A stretch of DNA of 64,000 bases from Guillardia theta CCMP2712 (Eukaryota; Protista; Cryptophyta). The notes under the pieces were generated by a model. It made no database searches, was not told the DNA's origin, and was given only the letters and a program-made list of their open reading frames with translations. Shown piece by piece: positions 37,451-47,690 of the stretch (position 1 is the first letter of the stretch; every line of letters starts with the position of its first letter). The translations under genes were made by a program, and so were the position numbers. The stretch lies in NCBI RefSeq assembly GCF_000315625.1, contig NW_005434528.1:40843-104842 (forward strand), read 5' to 3'.

Positions 37451-39177
37451 ATGCTCTCTGGTCGGATACAGCGGGCAAGCTTACCGTGTTTGTCAAGGCT
37501 GAGGTCAACTCCACTTCCTTCACTGTGCAGGTCGTCAACCCATCATACGGCAGAGATCCGATCACGCTTGGCGCTGTGTGCTCGGACTGTGTGAGCTTTG
37601 CTCCTTCCTATCTGGTCTACAATGCAAACCTCACAAGCGGCCTCGCCACAGTCGCCCTCGCACCCAGCTCTTGCACGAAGGACAGCCAAGGGATCGCACT
37701 GTACGGCAGCAGCTGTCAGTACAAATGCTACGGTGTGGTCACAGATAAATATTGTGTCTGCAATGCGGGGCAGTTCGGGCCAGGCTGCTCTCAGAGTCTG
37801 GGAACTCCTTCTCAGGTGCAAACAAAGTCCATTCCGCCAGGTGAGGCAGCGACTATCTCAGGATCGGGCGGGCTCTCGGTGAGTCTTCCAGCTGGGGCTC
37901 TGCTGGGGTCTCAGACCATTAGCGTGGCGGTCTACGACGTGTCAAATCTTAACCTATCTCAAGGAACTACGGAGACGCTTGTACCAGCTGGGCCCGTGAT
38001 CATCTTTACTCCAGCTGGTCTGCGGTTCAAGAAGCCGATAACCATCCGCATCCCGTACAATCCTGACAAGATACCTGCAAATCTTCGACCCTACGTGTTC
38101 TACTACAACTCATCGTCATTGAATCCGTGGGAGCGACAGATTTCTACCCCAAGACCGAACGCGACTCCTCCGGTCTTGGAGGCTTTGATCGATCATTTTT
38201 CGGGGTTTACTCCTCTTGGTGCAAATCCTCCCTCGAATAGCGATTCATCTTCTCTGGCTCCTTCGTCGACTGGTTTGACCACAAGCTCGACGACTAGCTT
38301 ATCCACTCCATCCCCTCTCTCGCCCTCGCCCTCGCCCTCTCCTACTCCTCTTTCTCCTATTCCATCTCCTTCACCTACTCCTTCTTCTCCTTCATCTCCT
38401 TCTCCTCCCTCTCCGAATGTTCCTCCACCACCGCCTTCTCCATCAGGAGGTGGCGGCGGTGGTGGTGGAGGTGGTGGAGGCGGAGGCGGAGGCGGCGGCG
38501 GTGGTGGAGGTGGAGGTGGAGCTCCAAGTCCGCCTTCAGCCCCAGCTGCTCCACCTACTTACACAGCCTCAAGCTCGGCCTCCGGCTTTGCGGTTCGATT
38601 GCAGGTCGTCTCGCCCATGTCAGACACCTTCTTCAGCTCCAACTCCGACCAGATCAAGCAAGCGCTGGCGGAGGGACTCAGACTCAACGTCGCCGATGTC
38701 AACAGCCCGACGGTCATCGGATACGTGCAACGACGGTCCAACCAATCTCTCTCTTTCTCGGCAGACTTGAAGGTGGACAACCCCTTGGGCTTTGTCGAGT
38801 CAGTACAAGCCAACGCATCTCAGACGTTGACGAGATTGAACGTGGCTTTCTCGCAGAGGAGCATCCCCGACGCTACATCTTTCAGCATATCATTGATACC
38901 GCCGCCTGCTCTGTCCTCGGGCGCGATCGCGGGGATCGCCATCGGGTCAGTGGGAGCAGGGCTGGTGCTGGTGGCTATCGGCTGGATGGTCTACAAGGAG
39001 AGGAAGAGAAGGAATGTGGAGAAGCGATACGCTATCTCTGAGCCGCCTGCACAACAAGCAGCTCCGCTTCCTGTTCAAGAGTCTCCAGTAAGTGCAGATG
39101 GCTTCAGCGTAAGCAGTCAGTTCGTTGTAGAACCGACCTTTCAAAATCAAGGTTTTCACTACTACAGATGGAGCTGA
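35205..39177 (+). CDS. Membrane-tethered mucin-like surface protein, copy 1 (contains a 100-N gap and two 1-bp deletions at ~36863 and ~36895)
   Basis: Signal peptide; S/T/P repeats; Myxococcus Cys-rich repeat [27 protein letters not shown]; EGF-like Cys array; ZU5-like domain ending IDHFS; Pro and Gly linkers; TM AIAGIAIGSVGAGLVLVAIGWMVY followed by KERKRR. Two -1 deletions account for the ORF break. Confidence 0.85.
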
Positions 39178-39308
39178 GGCCCTGACATGTCTTGAATTTT
39201 GAAAAACACAACAAAATCTAATAATCTTCTGTAACTACAATGATGAACTGTGATTTGAAAGCAAATAGATTTAACATGAAACTCGACACACACATTCGCT
39301 TTTGTTCA

Positions 39309-40496
39309 TCAGACGATTACGTGTCCAAAACCAGGTGGGCGTGCAACAAGAAGATTATCCTCGTAAAACTTCAGCCCTTGTACGATCATGTCCAGAGAAA
39401 CAGATGAAGCTCCATGTATCGGCTGTAGACTTCCACTGGACGGTCCCATCGGCGGTCGGTTTGACACTGACACTGCATGGAGATAAAGGCGGATCCTTGC
39501 AGCTTGTGGCTTGTCCTGGAGGAGGATACCAAGCTCTTGATCGGAGTTGATCAGGATCTTGTCGCCATCGTCATCTATGTAGCTTAGCTGCAAGCAGCTC
39601 GTTGGGAGGCCCTTGAGATCTTCACTAAAAGCGCTTTGAAGTCCTTCCATCACCATCCTGTAACCACCTACAGGATTGCCAAGATGATCGAAGTCAAAGC
39701 TCCAATTGAGATGTCTGAAGACAGCTTCTTTCTCTCTTTGTACAAGAGATACCTTGAAGTTCATCTCACGATGTCTCAAGGAGCTGGAAGTCTGCGCCCC
39801 TGACTTTGGCATGAACGAGTGTTCAAATGATAACCGCGTAGGAGAAGTTTCGTTCGATTCGACGTGCGCGTTGCGACTCGTTCTGCGAGGCCTTGAGAGG
39901 CCATGACGCTTGATAAACCGAGAGTACCAGCCATGAGACGCTTTGAAGTCTGACACCCCCATCTCGCTTGCCACTTTCATCGCACACTTGCAAATCTGTG
40001 ACCTGCATCCCAACCCAAGACCGGCCTCTACTATGCATTCATGGATTCGCTTCTCCAGTTCTAGATGTGAATCGTTGGGAGCATAGCGCTTGATGCTCGC
40101 ATGAAGACCACAACCAGATATGTATTTCAGTCTGCAAACATTCTCGGCCTTGAGAATTTTAGATATTGCGGATCTGCTCTTCCCAAACATCGTTGCGAGC
40201 TGGCCCTGGGTCATGAAGACTTCAGGGTTTGTTGAAGTATAGCACTTGATGATTTCCATCTTCTCTCCAAGAGTCAGGTTGCTCTTCTTGTTGTCAGCTT
40301 TCTTACATGAACCGCGGTCTGCCTTTGTCGTCTCCTTTGCTAGACTTGGCATGTTTCGAGCCCCTGACTCTGCAGATTCTTGTTGAAGAGAGGATTGCTG
40401 ATCCATTGGAGGTGAGAAGAGACAAGGTTGCAGGTTCCCAAGGCCGCACAACTTGGCGAGAGTGTCGAAGTTCTTCATAGGCAGAAGTGTTTGCAT
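39309..40496 (-). CDS. CENP-B/pogo-type double-HTH DNA-binding protein with a C-terminal PB1 domain and no DDE domain
   Basis: LTLGEKMEII..QLATMFGKSRSAISKILK (psq-like HTH); ELEKRI..FKASHGWYSRFIKRHGL (CENPB HTH); LSYIDDDGDKILINSDQEL (PB1 OPCA motif). Confidence 0.85.
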   Translation of the reverse strand: MQTLLPMKNFDTLAKLCGLGNLQPCLFSPPMDQQSSLQQESAESGARNMPSLAKETTKADRGSCKKADNKKSNLTLGEKMEIIKCYTSTNPEVFMTQGQLATMFGKSRSAISKILKAENVCRLKYISGCGLHASIKRYAPNDSHLELEKRIHECIVEAGLGLGCRSQICKCAMKVASEMGVSDFKASHGWYSRFIKRHGLSRPRRTSRNAHVESNETSPTRLSFEHSFMPKSGAQTSSSLRHREMNFKVSLVQREKEAVFRHLNWSFDFDHLGNPVGGYRMVMEGLQSAFSEDLKGLPTSCLQLSYIDDDGDKILINSDQELGILLQDKPQAARIRLYLHAVSVSNRPPMGPSSGSLQPIHGASSVSLDMIVQGLKFYEDNLLVARPPGFGHVIV

Positions 40497-40737
40497 GGCT
40501 GATGAACAAGCAGCTGGTCCTACCCGCCCTCAGAGGATAGGTCCACCAGACCACCCCACCCCCCTCGACCTCCTCGCTGCTTAAAACTAAACTCTCTGTA
40601 GTAAGAAACTCTTTCTTTTTCTTTTTTGGCCCCCAAAGGAGGTTCTCGTGAGCCAGAAGATTTGCACTACAATTTTGAAATGTCATTCACAAATTTGAAT
40701 ATCTGTATGTGCCAAAATTTCGATGTGTCAAGATCAT

Positions 40738-40813
40738 GATGTAGGCAAGCCTCCTGACTCTCCTCATTGTCCTCGTACTGATTTTAACTTAACTTTGAGT
40801 AACGATGTAGGCA
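40738..40813 (+). mobile_element. 56-bp insertion of the dispersed repeat terminus between 10-bp direct repeats GATGTAGGCA
   Basis: Direct repeats at 40738-40747 and 40804-40813 flank a sequence ending GTCCTCGTACTGATTTTAACTTAACTTTGAGTAAC. Confidence 0.75.
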
Positions 40814-41026
40814 GAACCGGATGTTTCTTTCAAACTTCGAGTCCTAATTTCTATCCATGATAGAAATTTACTATCTGATTTCAAGTTCTAAGCATGGCGT
40901 TTATTCAAACTTGTTGAAACACGAGATAACTCGGAGTTCAGCACCGGGGGGAGGGCCGGGCCCTGGGTCATTCGGAGGATACTACGGACCTACCTCAAAG
41001 ACATCTCCACCTCTATTCATATCGTC

Positions 41027-42404
41027 GTGGATATCGTCAGACAGTATCCCACTAACCTTCAGAGGAAGCGATTGTGCGGTCAAGGTCCAGACATCTCCCC
41101 ACCGCGGCCGGATGTCACAGCACTGCGTACAGGGATGAAGCCTGATGATGCACGCGCACCTACAGGCAATGAGTCTTCAGCGGTCAAGAATCGTCTTCTT
41201 GATGCGAATCCTTCCTCCGCCGAGGATACCAGCTTTCCTCAGTCTACATTGACAGTGGAGCCGATCCAGTTTCCCTATCATCCGAGGAAGCGATTGTGTG
41301 AACAAGGTCCAGACATCTCCCCTCCGCGGCCGGATGTTACATCACTGCGTACAGGGATGAAGCCTGATGATGCACGCGCATGCACAATGAATCCTGTTGC
41401 AATCATGGACTCAGTCGTGGACCACACACTTGATCTCCAACACAAAGTCTGGAGAACTCGAACCGAATGTACCTCTTACATTGAACATATCAACATGCGA
41501 GACGGCCACAAAGAAGTTCGACAACCGCAAGTTCCGACGTTGCACGGGACCCGTGGATACGTGTTGAAGTGTACTTGCTTGACATGCCCGTGAGACAATG
41601 TCGAACATTCTTTCTTCCCTCTCACTCACCTTTCCCGCCAGGTATAACATTGTCATCGCGAGGAAATATAGCAAGAAACAAGTTGGAGGGGAATATTTCA
41701 CTGTGAAATTCTCTGCCTCAACTCTTTATCACCATGATTGTACGTCCCAACGGGAAGTATCTGTTGCGTACCTGATAGGTCTGCCCTGTTTCCGCATTAT
41801 GGTAGCTTTCTGTGCTGGTAACAATGCCGGGGAGCGTCGTATGACAGCAGTTCAGCTTCGTCACCTCCTCAAAATGCAACACGGTGTCGCAGCCAGTGAA
41901 GTGGAAGCTGACAACCAACGTGAAGCCACATGGCTGACGACAGGGTTGGCCTGTGTGAAACATACAGGCTTCTTGAAATATCTCCGCTACAAATGGCAGA
42001 CAGACGATAGCTTAGAGAGTACATACGAGAAGCGAGTTATGAGAGAAGGACAGGTTCACTTACGTTGCATATGACCAGGTGCAACGCTGATGGTGTATCG
42101 GCAGGTGCCAATTCAGGAAGATAGCACATCATGTGCAATATTTCTGTGTGTAATCGCCAACAATGTAGCTGCTGGAGAGGGCATCGACAACTTTGGACAG
42201 AAGGACATACCCCTCATACGACAAGGAATAGCTAAGTTGCTGAGGGGGTTGTATGGGTATGGGAACTGGGATGAGGCAGACGGCAACGGTTCAAGAGGCT
42301 CCGATACTGGCAGTGGTGTGTTTCATCAAGCAAAAGCATCACACAGTGAACCCGCTGCTGCCACGGCCGAAGTCAGGGTGATGTCAGCTATAGAGATAAT
42401 GTGA
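41027..42404 (+). pseudogene. Internally deleted Mutator-like (MULE) element remnant with a Ulp1/C48 protease fragment
   Basis: Splicing the intron at ~41589-41641 yields KCTCLTCPYNIVIA..FTVK..HHDC (MuDR-type Zn finger). VPIQEDSTSCAIF..FGQKDIPLIRQGI matches a Ulp1 C-terminus. In-frame TGA at 42072; no DDE domain; internal ~95-bp duplication at 41064/41284. Confidence 0.65.
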
Positions 42405-42800
42405 ACCAAGTGTTGATTACTATTGAATACGTGAATAGTACAGTATGAACGAGAATGACTCAATGTACTTACTGTAGGTGGGACTCCCAGGAATTGCCGT
42501 AAGACCAGGCTGCGACAGGAGGCTAGTGCCACTGCCACGGAACGTACCCTTCCCGGTGACGGTTGTCGGGGACAAGCCGCTCAGCAGCCGCAACCGCGGC
42601 AGCTACGTGACCGGCAGCCGCTCACCCTCCGACTCCGACTGACGGTTCCGAAGTTCATCGGATGAAGATGCTGCCGATGAGTCGAAACAGTCTCCGAAGA
42701 CGCGGCGCCGCTCCTGTGACGGCGACCAGGGAAACGGCGGGGCCCGGGCCCCGGGGCCGGCCAAGCCGGGCAGACTCTCTTGCCGGACTCCGGGAGTCCC

Positions 42801-43685
42801 TGTTGAAGCACCTTATAGGAGGAAGCTTCACCTCAGACAATGCCAAGTAATCGACGTGGCTCAAGTGCACAGATGCTTAGAGCCTCGGAATGCATCCCTG
42901 GAGAAGACAGCAACAGCTACAATAAGGACGACGTAGGAGAATCATGAAGAAGACAGCAAGAACTTAGGACTCGTGGATGGCAGCAGGAGATAAGCGAGTC
43001 AGCTTATATCAGTCCACGACAGGACAGCAGATGACACGGTGGCAGGATACGGCTACGCTCAAGGGGAGATTGGAAGTATCACCCCTGAAGTCATGGACAT
43101 GGGAGAACAAGGGGTCTGATCAAAGAAGACAGTACTATCATGATCATCTTAGCGGAGGACATACAAGGAATGCACGAGACCACCTCCAAGCATGCTCCTA
43201 CGGAGACACAGGACCTGTCAAGGTCAAGGGAGCAGCTACGTCAACTTCACAGAGAGCGTTGGATGAGAATCGAAGACCTCGTCATGTCAAGCCTATGACT
43301 CTTTCTCAGGGGACCCTCAAGGTACGGAACCAGGCCTCGGACCGGTCGAAGAATCATATCGCAGATAAGAAGCGTAGAGTACCGGTAGTGGTAGTTCCTA
43401 GGACCGGGCAGTCCCTATTTTAGGGACCGAGGAAGAGGAAGAAGGGGCGCACGCATTTGCAGGACAGGGAAAGGAGAACGAGGTGTATGGTCTCTGTGAG
43501 ACTGGATTGCTTGAAGTAAACAAGCTTGACCATCCATACCAATCTCTTATCACCTCCGTTTGTTCTCTGTATCCTGATATCTTTCCTGCGCGGCCATTCG
43601 TGATATCTATTACCACTGCTACAGAAACTTGCAGTCGACTGTGTCACCACGGTCTGTGGAGAGAAGGTTACTGGGAACTTCAACA
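42801..43685 (+). repeat. 5' LTR (885 bp)
   Basis: 8-bp terminal inverted repeats; matches 50945-51746. Confidence 0.95.
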
Positions 43686-43846
43686 TATTCTAAAAATTTT
43701 AGAATATCAGTGCCTAGATATTCTATTTCTCGAGAAACCTTGTATCACGGCAACCAGTGGACTCTTACTCTCACATTCGGAGTGACATCAGCTGGAGAGT
43801 ATCTGTGGAGTGACAACGGTAGTAACAGCTGAGCCTGGAGTCAAAC

Positions 43847-45436
43847 ATGGGTTCTGATATCAAAATGGCAATGGAAATTCATGAAGCTTTCTCAAAAACA
43901 AGCATCGATCCGACCAAGTTGAAGGATAATTCGGGCAACAATGTTTTCAAAACGGAGGAGGAAATGTGGGGTACGCTCAATCCGTTTTTCACAACTCTCG
44001 AACGAGTCAGGCCAGGACTACGAGACGTGTTCATGAATATCTTGTCATTGTTCCCGATCACCGAAGAAGACGGTGTAAACTTGGGTTCCAGGCTGGAGAA
44101 GAGTCTTACGTCTTGGGAAGAGCATGTAGATTTCGATGATGACGAAGGAAAGTTTTACACGACAATCGAATGGAAAGGAATCGTCGTGGGAGTTTTTCTC
44201 AGGAAAAACTGGCCGTTCAAGTCCATCAAGCGAGTAGAGGCAACTGTAACCGATCTGAAGAGATGTTTCGACGAGTTCCAGGAGGAACAGGAACAGGAGC
44301 CTGAAGACCAAGAAAACTACCAGTGGTTAATCGATGCAGAAGTCACTGCCAGCGGGGAAAGCAGAAGGGCAAGACTGAGGCAGAGATTACCTTGGGATTT
44401 GACAAATGATAAAACAGTACAGGGCATTACGGTCCTATACAAAGACGTGATGGAGATTACGGAAGAAATCAATCAGTTCTTCAAAAATCGACTGACGGAG
44501 ATCTTTCCTAGAGCATTACGACTGTCGGGGCAAGAAGATTATCCTCTGTCTGGATACCTCGGATTCTCTTATGTGAAATATTGGATATCACTTCAATTCA
44601 GGAACCGTACAGCACCGAGGAATCTGATTGACCGCGTCAAGAGTCTAGTCTCGGAGGCTGAAGTTGATGACTTCGAGAAACTGCTTGACATCCCACTAGA
44701 GGTTTGCTCGCTCCTCAAGCAGTTGAAGAGGAAAGAAGCGATCTCGACGGGTGGCACTCAAGAAATTGTTGACTTGGAAAAGGAATTAGTGCGGAGTCTT
44801 CTGGGCAAATGTAAGACGTCGAAGATCGACGAAGTATCTTTCTTGGGGAGGATACAGGCTGCTGAGGGAAGATTGATAACCATGTCGGAAGTTCAGCGCA
44901 GAATTTCTAATATCTACGCCGAGCACAAGGCGCGAAGACAGTATGAAGGGCCTACACTGCGTCATCATAAGACAGCCAACTTGGGCCATGCTCAAATAGG
45001 GGCCACCAAACATTCCGATCATCCATCGTCAGAGCCAGGATCAAGTGGTGCTCGACATGGCAGGAATAACGATGTACCGGGACGAGGATTCCAGCATGGG
45101 AGACATCGTGGTTCGGACTCGCGCGGCGGAGGATGGCGTGACTCGCAGTCACTCCCGGATGGCAATCCGATCCGGTATGATCAGCAACAAGCCCCTGATC
45201 ATTCTCCCTGGCAGGCCCATGGTAACACTCATCGGCGAGGACAATGGCGAAATCCCTCACGCGGCAGATCGCAGCAACGGCAGCTGCGAAGGAGCTCCAT
45301 CATACAGGCAACACGATGGGAGAGGTCGCTTCAATCCAAGAGGGAAGGGAGCCAATCGTGGGGGACGAGGGCGGATGCAACCAGGTTGCAGAGGACGACG
45401 AGAGCACTGGACGGGCCCTCTGATCCCGCACCGTGA
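43847..45436 (+). CDS. gag: Gag-like ORF
   Basis: First long ORF after the 5' LTR; RG-rich C-terminus; no CCHC knuckle seen. Confidence 0.75.
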   Translation: MGSDIKMAMEIHEAFSKTSIDPTKLKDNSGNNVFKTEEEMWGTLNPFFTTLERVRPGLRDVFMNILSLFPITEEDGVNLGSRLEKSLTSWEEHVDFDDDEGKFYTTIEWKGIVVGVFLRKNWPFKSIKRVEATVTDLKRCFDEFQEEQEQEPEDQENYQWLIDAEVTASGESRRARLRQRLPWDLTNDKTVQGITVLYKDVMEITEEINQFFKNRLTEIFPRALRLSGQEDYPLSGYLGFSYVKYWISLQFRNRTAPRNLIDRVKSLVSEAEVDDFEKLLDIPLEVCSLLKQLKRKEAISTGGTQEIVDLEKELVRSLLGKCKTSKIDEVSFLGRIQAAEGRLITMSEVQRRISNIYAEHKARRQYEGPTLRHHKTANLGHAQIGATKHSDHPSSEPGSSGARHGRNNDVPGRGFQHGRHRGSDSRGGGWRDSQSLPDGNPIRYDQQQAPDHSPWQAHGNTHRRGQWRNPSRGRSQQRQLRRSSIIQATRWERSLQSKREGSQSWGTRADATRLQRTTRALDGPSDPAP

Positions 45437-47690
45437 TGATCACCAGCCTCGGGTGCAATCTGACGAAGAGCAGGAGGACTCGGTTGTAGGACGAGCAGCA
45501 GGCGGCACTGCGGGCAGCTCGGGAGATTCGTGGCAAAGAAGGAGACAGAGGGGACACGGGCCTGGACATGCGACTAGGGGCATGAGGCACGATCCCGGGA
45601 CTCGTATGTATGACAACAGTCGTGTTGCCTTGCTGGAGGAAAAACTCGATATTTTGACAGACCGACTGATGGAGAGACTTGCTCCTGATCATTCCAGCCG
45701 GACAGAAGTATCACGGAGGCAAGCCGCTCCTCATGCAAATGAGAGGTCGGATAGGAGAACAAGAAATGTGAGCCAGAGGCTTGGCGAACGAGAAGAAGTG
45801 GAGTGTTGTCAGGAAGCCTCAGATACAGATAATCCATTTCAATCAGGTGACATTCATGTACGACGAGTTATGCGCAGGGTGCACGTCTGTCTTGATATCG
45901 AAAAATTGCTCAGAGCTAAGGCGTTCCTGAACGTACACTTACCGGGTTGTCACCATATGTTACTCGATACCGGAGCTAATATCAGTCTCTGCGGTGACAG
46001 ATCTCTATTGACGAATGTGCGTAAAAGTCTACAAGCCACTGTTGTCAGCACAGCCAGCGGGGAGACATTTACGTGCGAGGAAGAAGGAGAAATGAGAGTG
46101 CAATGTGCAATTACAAGCAATGGAAATGTTACTATCGCACATACATTCGTAATCACAGCAATGGTCTGTGCGGAGACTCCGCTCACCATCTTTTCAATGA
46201 GTCAATTTCTTGGAGAAGAGACAACTGTGGAACTGTCTGGGAAGTCAACTGGATCTTGGGTTCGTATGCCAGATAACTTACTGTTACCTGTACACCTTTG
46301 GGAGGGAATCTATGTGCTTAAAGCAGCAGTTGATAAGTCTCGACACTCACTTGTCATCGCAGCACAGTCAAGCAGCCGTAATACTGAGGCAGCGGCCCTA
46401 CTGACTAGGTGTGCAGCAGAGCCCTCCACTGCTGAGGAAGACAAGGTATCACTGAAATCCTTGAGCAGCAAGGACATTCCAGCCTCCCCATTCAACCCAA
46501 TTCCAACCATTCTGTGGCACTGGAGACTTGGGCATACGTCAGGCAGAGTTCAAAGGATGTTGGCAAAAGGGGGGAACAACAAAGTGACATACAGTCCAAC
46601 CCATCGCACAGCAGGTCCTTGTCATGTTTGTCAAACCAGCAAATTCTCAAAGCTACCTATCAAAACCCAAGGCGGCTACCGACAAGACAGAGCCGAAAGG
46701 ATTAATAGCCAGTGGAATGTGGATTTGAAAGACATGGGAACAGTCTCGGAGCCAGGAAGATTTCGTTACTTCTTGGTCGTGGTCGATGCCTACAGTGGAT
46801 TTATTATAACGATTCCACTGACGTTCAAAGGCGAAACTAAGGAAGTCATGCAGAGTTTGATCTTGCAGGAAGAACGCTCAGGTCGACCAGCAGTCATAAC
46901 AGTAGTGAGCGACAACGGCTCGGAGTTTGCAAACCTCCAGTTGCAGTCATTCGTGAAGATGAAGGGGATCATCTGGAATTTTACCCCGGACTACACAAGT
47001 GCTGCCAACGGTCGAGCAGAGAGGGCGATCCGAACAGTGACTACCATCCATCGAGCAATCTCGTACCAAGCACAAGTCCCGCAGCGCTTCTGGCACTTCT
47101 CCGTCCAACAAGCAACGCTGATCTTCAACAGTTTACCCAACCTGACGAATCGGGACGGCCTCTCTCCATGGCAACTTTATCAGGGACGAGAATTCGACTA
47201 TGATAAACTGAAGGTATTCGGATGTACGGTATTTGTTGCCAACGAGGAGAAATTGAAGAATGATATGCCTGCTATTACTGCTGTTAACCTGGGAAATTCA
47301 GAGGCTCACATGGGTTACCAGCCAGGGTACTTGGTATTCAATCCAGCTACCAACAAGGTGATACATACGCGACAAGCAAGATTTGATGAAACCTTCTTTC
47401 ATTTCAGAAGGACCTGCATCTACCCCCAGGACAGGAGTATGTTGGACTGCGCGAGGAGCCTGATGAACATTGCTCAACTCAGAATGATCATGGAGCAACC
47501 AGCTCGGAAGCCTCGGATGGCAGTATGGCAGAGTCCAGTGAAGACGATGGACACGATGCAGACTGGCAACCTGAACAGTCCGCAGATCAGAAGCTATCGA
47601 CAACTACTGGGGAATCTGTGCTGGGAAGCGAGGACGGCGAAGTCGGCAGAAAACGTACAAGAAGCGATTTTCGATCGGAGCGGACCTTAA
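45045..47690 (+). CDS. pol: Pol part 1: aspartic protease, GAG-pre-integrase and integrase
   Basis: LLDTGANIS; LWHWRLGH..CHVC; VDL..SDNGSEF..NGRAERAIRT; TRQARFDE. Confidence 0.93.
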   Translation: MVLDMAGITMYRDEDSSMGDIVVRTRAAEDGVTRSHSRMAIRSGMISNKPLIILPGRPMVTLIGEDNGEIPHAADRSNGSCEGAPSYRQHDGRGRFNPRGKGANRGGRGRMQPGCRGRREHWTGPLIPHRDDHQPRVQSDEEQEDSVVGRAAGGTAGSSGDSWQRRRQRGHGPGHATRGMRHDPGTRMYDNSRVALLEEKLDILTDRLMERLAPDHSSRTEVSRRQAAPHANERSDRRTRNVSQRLGEREEVECCQEASDTDNPFQSGDIHVRRVMRRVHVCLDIEKLLRAKAFLNVHLPGCHHMLLDTGANISLCGDRSLLTNVRKSLQATVVSTASGETFTCEEEGEMRVQCAITSNGNVTIAHTFVITAMVCAETPLTIFSMSQFLGEETTVELSGKSTGSWVRMPDNLLLPVHLWEGIYVLKAAVDKSRHSLVIAAQSSSRNTEAAALLTRCAAEPSTAEEDKVSLKSLSSKDIPASPFNPIPTILWHWRLGHTSGRVQRMLAKGGNNKVTYSPTHRTAGPCHVCQTSKFSKLPIKTQGGYRQDRAERINSQWNVDLKDMGTVSEPGRFRYFLVVVDAYSGFIITIPLTFKGETKEVMQSLILQEERSGRPAVITVVSDNGSEFANLQLQSFVKMKGIIWNFTPDYTSAANGRAERAIRTVTTIHRAISYQAQVPQRFWHFSVQQATLIFNSLPNLTNRDGLSPWQLYQGREFDYDKLKVFGCTVFVANEEKLKNDMPAITAVNLGNSEAHMGYQPGYLVFNPATNKVIHTRQARFDETFFHFRRTCIYPQDRSMLDCARSLMNIAQLRMIMEQPARKPRMAVWQSPVKTMDTMQTGNLNSPQIRSYRQLLGNLCWEARTAKSAENVQEAIFDRSGP

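Noticed and set aside
39309-40496. Active pogo/Tigger transposon
   Set aside because: No DDE domain or terminal inverted repeats seen.
43291-43420. LTR indels as spliced-out introns
   Set aside because: Boundaries do not give clean GT-AG on either strand without invoking a substitution.
42977-43423. 148-aa ORF repeated in the LTRs
   Set aside because: Recurrence reflects LTR identity; it is altered by deletion in one LTR and has no recognisable motif.
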